Source: Candidatus Woesearchaeota archaeon
GTDB lineage: Archaea; Nanobdellota; Nanobdellia; Woesearchaeales; 21-14-0-10-32-9
Reading direction: 5' to 3'
Length of the DNA stretch: 64,000 nt
NCBI GenBank assembly: GCA_047602735.1
Contig: JBLKOK010000004.1
Coordinates: 81,033 to 145,032 of the forward strand
A program made the position numbers and the translations under genes. Shown piece after piece: positions 58,805-64,000 of this stretch. The notes under the pieces were generated by a model, which did not search any database, was not told the origin of the DNA, and saw nothing but the letters and a program-made list of their open reading frames with translations. How positions within the stretch are numbered: the first letter of the stretch is position 1; every line of letters starts with the position of its first letter.

Positions 58805-59869
58805 GTGACTCAAAAAAAATCTTTATATGAAGAGGAACTAAATAATAGTAATTATGAGTTTCAATTTAAAATAAAATCTAGTGTTGATCCTAAAAAAATT
58901 TATGATTTGGGAGCAAAGAAAATCGGTAGTATAATACAAGAAGATAAATATTTTGTTCAAAAACTTAAGCATGTTTCTGAGAGCGATGAACTTATAAGGA
59001 TAAGGAAAGAAGGAGGAGAAGATTTTTTATTTACGTATTTCAAAAACAATAACTTGAAAGATGAAGATAATTATGAATATGGCTCTATAAGAAAATATAA
59101 ATCTGTAGTTAAACCTATAGATGAGAATGAATTATTATTGCTTAAGAAAAGCTATTCTGATGTAGTTAGTGTTAATAAAAAAAGAACTATGTTTTTGTTA
59201 GGTTCTATACTTATAAATGTTGATGAAGTAGAGAAACTAGGTAATTTTATAGAGTTTAAAGTTCAATCTGAAAAAGATTCAAAACTTATTTTTGATTTAG
59301 TTTCTAAATTAGGTTTAAATAAAAAAGATGTTATCAGGAAGTCTTATTTTGAGCTATCTTTAGTAAATTTAAGACCTATTCAAAGATTAGCATTACGAGT
59401 TCATGAAAAGTTAGGAGGTTTTAGTTTTGGTATTTCTTCTGCTGTTCTTACAACACTTGGTATAATTGTGGGGTTGAATTCTGCTACGGATTCTTTTATA
59501 GCGGTAATAGGTGGTATTGCTAGTGTTGCTGTAGCTGATTCTCTTAGTGATTCTATGGGTATGTATGCTGAAAAAATGAGTCAAAGAGGTACTTCTAAAA
59601 GTATGGCCTTTAAAAGTTCCTTGAATGTTTTTCTAGGAAAATTGATTTTCACATTATCTTTTATCATTCCTTTTTTATTATTTGATATGAACACAGCTAT
59701 GATTATATCTGTTATCTGGGGGGCGTTTTTACTATCTTTTGTGAATGCTCAAATTGCTTTTATTCAGGAAACATCTATATTAAAACAAATATCAACTAAT
59801 TTGTCTTTTGCTGTTGTTATAATATTTGTATCTCACATTGTTGGTTTAATTATAGTGAGCTTACTTTAG
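58805..59869 (+). CDS. CYTH (class IV adenylyl cyclase/triphosphatase-like) domain fused to VIT1/CCC1-like membrane domain
   Basis: QEDKYF, IRIRKE, VNKKR, DEVEKLGNFIEF, SY; then SFGISSAVLTTLG...VADSLSDSMGMY and TM helices. Confidence 0.78.
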   Translation: MTQKKSLYEEELNNSNYEFQFKIKSSVDPKKIYDLGAKKIGSIIQEDKYFVQKLKHVSESDELIRIRKEGGEDFLFTYFKNNNLKDEDNYEYGSIRKYKSVVKPIDENELLLLKKSYSDVVSVNKKRTMFLLGSILINVDEVEKLGNFIEFKVQSEKDSKLIFDLVSKLGLNKKDVIRKSYFELSLVNLRPIQRLALRVHEKLGGFSFGISSAVLTTLGIIVGLNSATDSFIAVIGGIASVAVADSLSDSMGMYAEKMSQRGTSKSMAFKSSLNVFLGKLIFTLSFIIPFLLFDMNTAMIISVIWGAFLLSFVNAQIAFIQETSILKQISTNLSFAVVIIFVSHIVGLIIVSLL

Positions 59870-60321
59870 AAAAGGGGGATTATTCCTCCGAAGAATATTA
59901 TTGAAAAGAAGATTATATCTTTTAAAAGTCTTTTCTTGATATCCGTTCCATCTAATATGCTTATCGCAGAATATATTGCTTCCGTTATTATATTTATTAA
60001 GAAAAATATGGTGCTTGCAAGCATGCTAACTTTGTCAAATAGTATTATGCCTATTATGTTTATTAAGAAACTATATCCTACTATGAATCCTATATAGCTC
60101 AAACCTTCCCATAAGTGAGGTTTTCTCGAACCTGAAACTTTAGATCTTGAAAATATGGAAACAATTAGTAGTGGTATTGTTGCTGGTAATTGTATAGTTA
60201 AGTAAATATTTTCTTTTAGTAAGTTTGCATCTAGAGTTATTATTAGCACGAATATAGTGAAAGTTACTGCTAGAAGACTTCTATTTATATCTATTTTAGT
60301 TTTTATTTCTTCAAAACCCAT
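59866..60321 (-). CDS. Membrane protein
   Basis: Four to five hydrophobic helices. Confidence 0.7.
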   Translation of the reverse strand: MGFEEIKTKIDINRSLLAVTFTIFVLIITLDANLLKENIYLTIQLPATIPLLIVSIFSRSKVSGSRKPHLWEGLSYIGFIVGYSFLINIIGIILFDKVSMLASTIFFLINIITEAIYSAISILDGTDIKKRLLKDIIFFSIIFFGGIIPLF

Positions 60322-60378
60322 ATTGTTTTTTAATTTTTATTAGAAATATTTAAATTTTTATCTTTTTTCAATACTTTT

Positions 60379-61011
60379 ATGAAGATAATATTATTGGGAA
60401 AGCCAGGGGCGGGGAAAGGGACGCAAGCACAAAAGCTAGTAGAAGAAGAAAAATTTAAGATAATATCTACTGGAGACATAATAAGGAGCGAGATAAAGAA
60501 GGGGACTGAGATTGGTAGACAAATTCAAGGATATGTGTCTAAAGGAGAATTAGTTCCTGATGAATTTGTTGTGGACTTAGTTATATCCAAGCTTAATGAA
60601 GAAAGAATTTTGTTTGATGGATTTCCAAGAACATTAAGTCAAGCAAAATTTTTAGATCAGAAACTAAAGATAGATAAAGTAATATTTCTGCATGTTGATG
60701 ATGAAATAGTTATAAAAAGGATTATGGGGAGAGTCACTGTTTCTAAAGGTGAAAAGTCTTATAGTTTCAAAAGCTTGGAAGAAGCAAATAAATTTGTTAA
60801 ACAAAACGGAGGAGAGATTAAGCAAAGAAAAGATGACACTCTCGAGACGATAAAAAAAAGGTTAGAAGTTTATCAAGAAAACACGAAGCCATTAATAGAT
60901 TATTATAAATCATCAAACAAGTTTGAAAGTGTGGATAGCAATCAAAGCATACAAGAAGTCCACGATGAAATTATAAAAAAAATTAATTCTAAATTTTATA
61001 AAAGACTTTAG
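60379..61011 (+). CDS. adk: Adenylate kinase (bacterial-type)
   Basis: GKPGAGKGTQA, STGD, GELVPD, DGFPRT, QRKDD. Confidence 0.95.
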   Translation: MKIILLGKPGAGKGTQAQKLVEEEKFKIISTGDIIRSEIKKGTEIGRQIQGYVSKGELVPDEFVVDLVISKLNEERILFDGFPRTLSQAKFLDQKLKIDKVIFLHVDDEIVIKRIMGRVTVSKGEKSYSFKSLEEANKFVKQNGGEIKQRKDDTLETIKKRLEVYQENTKPLIDYYKSSNKFESVDSNQSIQEVHDEIIKKINSKFYKRL

Positions 61012-61136
61012 GTGGAAGGTAAGGTCCTCTGTCCTCCATAACTCCTCCTCCGCTCGCGTAGGGAACAAACAAATATTTATCAGGATAATACTTTAACATA
61101 ATTTTTTTACAATGACCAATTAAGATGCATGGGTTT

Positions 61137-63251
61137 TCATCCTGTTTTTTTATAATCATTGGTAGTTATTTGTTTATAACTATACATTTTCCAATTTTTG
61201 GTGTTTTCATCAATGATGTAAAGATCTATTTTATATTTAATTACTAGTTCCTCAACTTCTCTTTTGATTTTTTCAGGAGTATTTTTAGTGTAAAATAATG
61301 CATTACAGGACCAATTTTGTGGGATTAGTTCGTTATAGTTTTTGCTAAAATATCTTATATTACTTATAATTGCTTCTTTTACAGATACATGTCTATAGTT
61401 ACTTTCTCTGAAGAAAGGTAATTCTTTTTTTAAATAAACTTTATTCTTTGTTGATGCATCAGTTACATATGCACGAACTATTTTTCCTTTATTAAGAACA
61501 TTTCCGACAGCATATCATCGGGGGATACATAAGCTCGGACTATAATTAGGACTTAAACTAAAACAAGAAATAGTATATTTTTTGTTATTGCCTATGTTAT
61601 TTTCCATAGATTTTAAATAATTATGATATGTGTAAGATGATGATGCACCTCCTCCTCCGTAGGCATCTGTATTATGTAAAACTAATACTGAATACTTTTT
61701 ATAAAGGATTTCTATATATTCCCAATATTTATTATCGTCTTTTTTTAATTGATTGTAAGTGTAAGGACCTTTAACTTTATAATCTTGACTTTGATATTCT
61801 ATATAATAGCCTTGTAAGTCAATCTTTACAACTTTACATATATGTCCTTCTTGTGTTGTTACTATATCTCCTATGTCTATATTTCCTAGTGTATTTATTT
61901 TTTTTATTGATTTATATAGCTCTTTAATTGTTAAATCATTGATATTTTTGTGTGTTTCAATTATATTTTTTGTTATATGTGGTAATTTTTTAAGGTAAAA
62001 TTTTTTATTCCAAAAAGATAATCCGTTCATTATTTTAAGATTGTGATAAATATACTTTGAGAAATTTAATTTTTTATTTAAGTTTTTTTGGCATATTAAT
62101 AATTGTTCAAAGAATATTTCAAACTCATTGTATGAGTATTTATATAAGAAACATATATATTCTTGTATTATGTCTTTGTTATTTAAATAAGATAATTCTC
62201 TTATATAATCGTATATTTCTATTTCGTTCGATTTTTCTTTTATTAAAATTTTTACTAATTTTTTTAGGGTCTTTTTATCGAGATATTTCAAGATATGGTT
62301 TATTTTTGAAAGATTTTCAATATCATTTTCAATTAGATTAGATAATTCGCCAACAGAAAGTATCCTTTCAAATTTAGTATATATTTCAAAATGTTTTTTA
62401 TCATATTTTAAACCTGTACTCTTGTAATCTTTATTAAATGATTTTAAATTTGTTATTAAACTTAAATATTCAAATTCTCGTTCAGATACATGGTATTTTT
62501 TTCCTAAGATGTTAAGTATATAATAAAATAAATTGTTGTTTTCTTTGTTAATAGTTATGCATAGCAGTTCTAGTATTTTTATTTCTTCATAATCTAATGT
62601 TATCCTATATGATTTTAATAATTCAACAACTCTTTTGAGGGGAGAGATGGGGAGTTTAAGTGAATCTATCTTTATTATGGATTCGGACAGAGTTTTATAA
62701 TCTATGACTTTGTATAAATTTATTAATATGTTTAAAGGTAAATTTTCTATGTTTTTTAATGTGTTTCCATACATTCTAAATGTGTTATTTATATCATCAA
62801 TATTTTCATTAAACTTGATGAATTTAAGACATTCTATGTAGGCAATAGCATCATCGTGATTCATTTTTTTAATCATATGAATTATTTCTAAAAATATGTT
62901 TTCAATATTGTGTTTGTTTAATATAGAATCTATTTTTATTGTGTATTCTAATGATCTTTCATAATCTATTTTATTGTCATAAATGAATTGTTGATAAAAT
63001 TAGAGGCTTAGTTTTATGTTTTTAGTTTTTTTTAATATTAAATCTATATTGTTTAAACTGTGTTTGTTTAATTTATCTATATAAAATAAAGTACTAATTA
63101 TATTGTCTTCTTCAATTTCTTCTAAAGATTCTATTGTTTTTCTATATTCCCAAATTAAGTTCTTAAATTCAGGTCCAATATATAGGTGGGACCATTTATC
63201 ATTTAAATTATCTAAATATTTTTTTTTTTTTTTTTTTTTTCTAAAAAACAT
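61137..63251 (-). pseudogene. Large (about 700-codon) gene broken by two in-frame stops; C-terminal domain ART-like
   Basis: 63251-63003, 62999-61518 and 61514-61140 are in one frame, separated by TAA (63000-63002) and TGA (61515-61517); A22 tract near the 5' end. Confidence 0.7.
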
Positions 63252-63254
63252 TTT

Positions 63255-63968
63255 CTATTTCTCCCAGATCATGTCAAAGTAGTCTTTGAAGCTTTCTGCT
63301 AATCCTTTGTTTTTTATTACTACTGCTTCTGGTGTTTCGCTCCACAGCATTATGCATACTTTATCTGAGTATATGTCTATTACTCCTTGGCTTTTTTCTG
63401 TGTATTTTTTATCTACGTGTTTTACAGTTGTCGTTTTTGAACCTTTTATTTTCACTCCTTTTCTTGCTAAGTGTTTTATTTCTATTTTGTTTTTTTCAAC
63501 TTCTTTTTTGAATCTCTCTGAATACCATGTCATTCTTTCGCTGAACTGTCCTTCGCTATCGAATACTCTTATGGTTTGTTTTTCTCTTATTTTATCTTCG
63601 AAGGCGCTTTTTATTCCTTTGTATCCTTTGAATACTAATATTTCCGATTCTTCTGTTTTTTTGTTATGTATTTTTTTTATTTCGGGAAGTATGTTTTGTA
63701 TTATTGTTTCTTTTTCTTTTATGAATGAAAAAAGATCTTCGGGGTTATTTACTTGGTAATGTTTTGTGTTTTCTTTTATTACGAAGCTTATTACTCCTCT
63801 TTCTGTTAATTTTCTTAATGCGTCGTATGTTGAACTTCTGTCTAGGTTTGTTTTTGTTGCTAGGTTTCCTGCTTTTGTTGTTCCTGTTTGGAGTAGTGCT
63901 TTGTATGTTTTTGCTTCGTTGTTTGTAAATCCTATTCGTTCTAAGGCTTCTATTATGTCTTTTCCCAT
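63255..63968 (-). CDS. TrmB family transcriptional regulator
   Basis: LERIGFTNNEAKTY.ALL wHTH, VFKGYKGIK, IYSDKV, YFDMIW. Confidence 0.9.
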   Translation of the reverse strand: MGKDIIEALERIGFTNNEAKTYKALLQTGTTKAGNLATKTNLDRSSTYDALRKLTERGVISFVIKENTKHYQVNNPEDLFSFIKEKETIIQNILPEIKKIHNKKTEESEILVFKGYKGIKSAFEDKIREKQTIRVFDSEGQFSERMTWYSERFKKEVEKNKIEIKHLARKGVKIKGSKTTTVKHVDKKYTEKSQGVIDIYSDKVCIMLWSETPEAVVIKNKGLAESFKDYFDMIWEK

Positions 63969-64000
63969 ATTGTTTTTATTTGAAAATCATTATTTAAATG

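Noticed and set aside
61515-61517. In-frame TGA as evidence of stop-codon reassignment or selenocysteine
   Set aside because: The same gene also has an in-frame TAA, and core genes (rpoA2, rps19e, secE) terminate at TGA; pseudogenisation is the simpler explanation.
196-63928. Many short antisense or nested ORFs in the track (e.g. 1129-1401, 16292-16798, 43339-43644, 49887-50363, 63286-63759)
   Set aside because: These are shadows of well-supported genes, with Phe/Ser/Leu-rich reverse-complement composition. 43339 and 50267 match each other only because of the duplication.

Overview
AT-rich archaeal chromosome segment, most likely DPANN (Woesearchaeota-like). This rests on split RNAP A'/A'', archaeal r-proteins, Spt5/SecE/FtsZ, class III signal-peptide pilins and bacterial-type lgt, uvrABC and adk; the taxonomy is inferred. 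About 1-38 kb is mostly housekeeping (transcription, translation, uvrBAC, ileS, argS), interrupted by two toxin-antitoxin pairs (a third follows at about 40 kb) and a few small accessory genes. About 38.8-63.3 kb is an accessory island with orphan genes, pseudogenes, an RtcB-like ligase, a GCS2 ligase/deacylase pair, an isocyanide (PvcA/Dit1) synthase and REC-like/APH-kinase fusion proteins. The most striking unannotated structure is a duplicated regulatory module. In each copy a leaderless 23-codon peptide ORF (MIAK...SFSY[D/E]YFYFA*) is followed by a long hairpin and, about 130 nt later, an amino-acid-modifying enzyme gene. Each copy is divergent from a REC-like/kinase paralog, with a palindromic TTACTACT-N4-AGTAGTAA-like site in between. 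That site recurs at four other accessory promoters. No rRNA, tRNA, CRISPR array or transposase was recognised.
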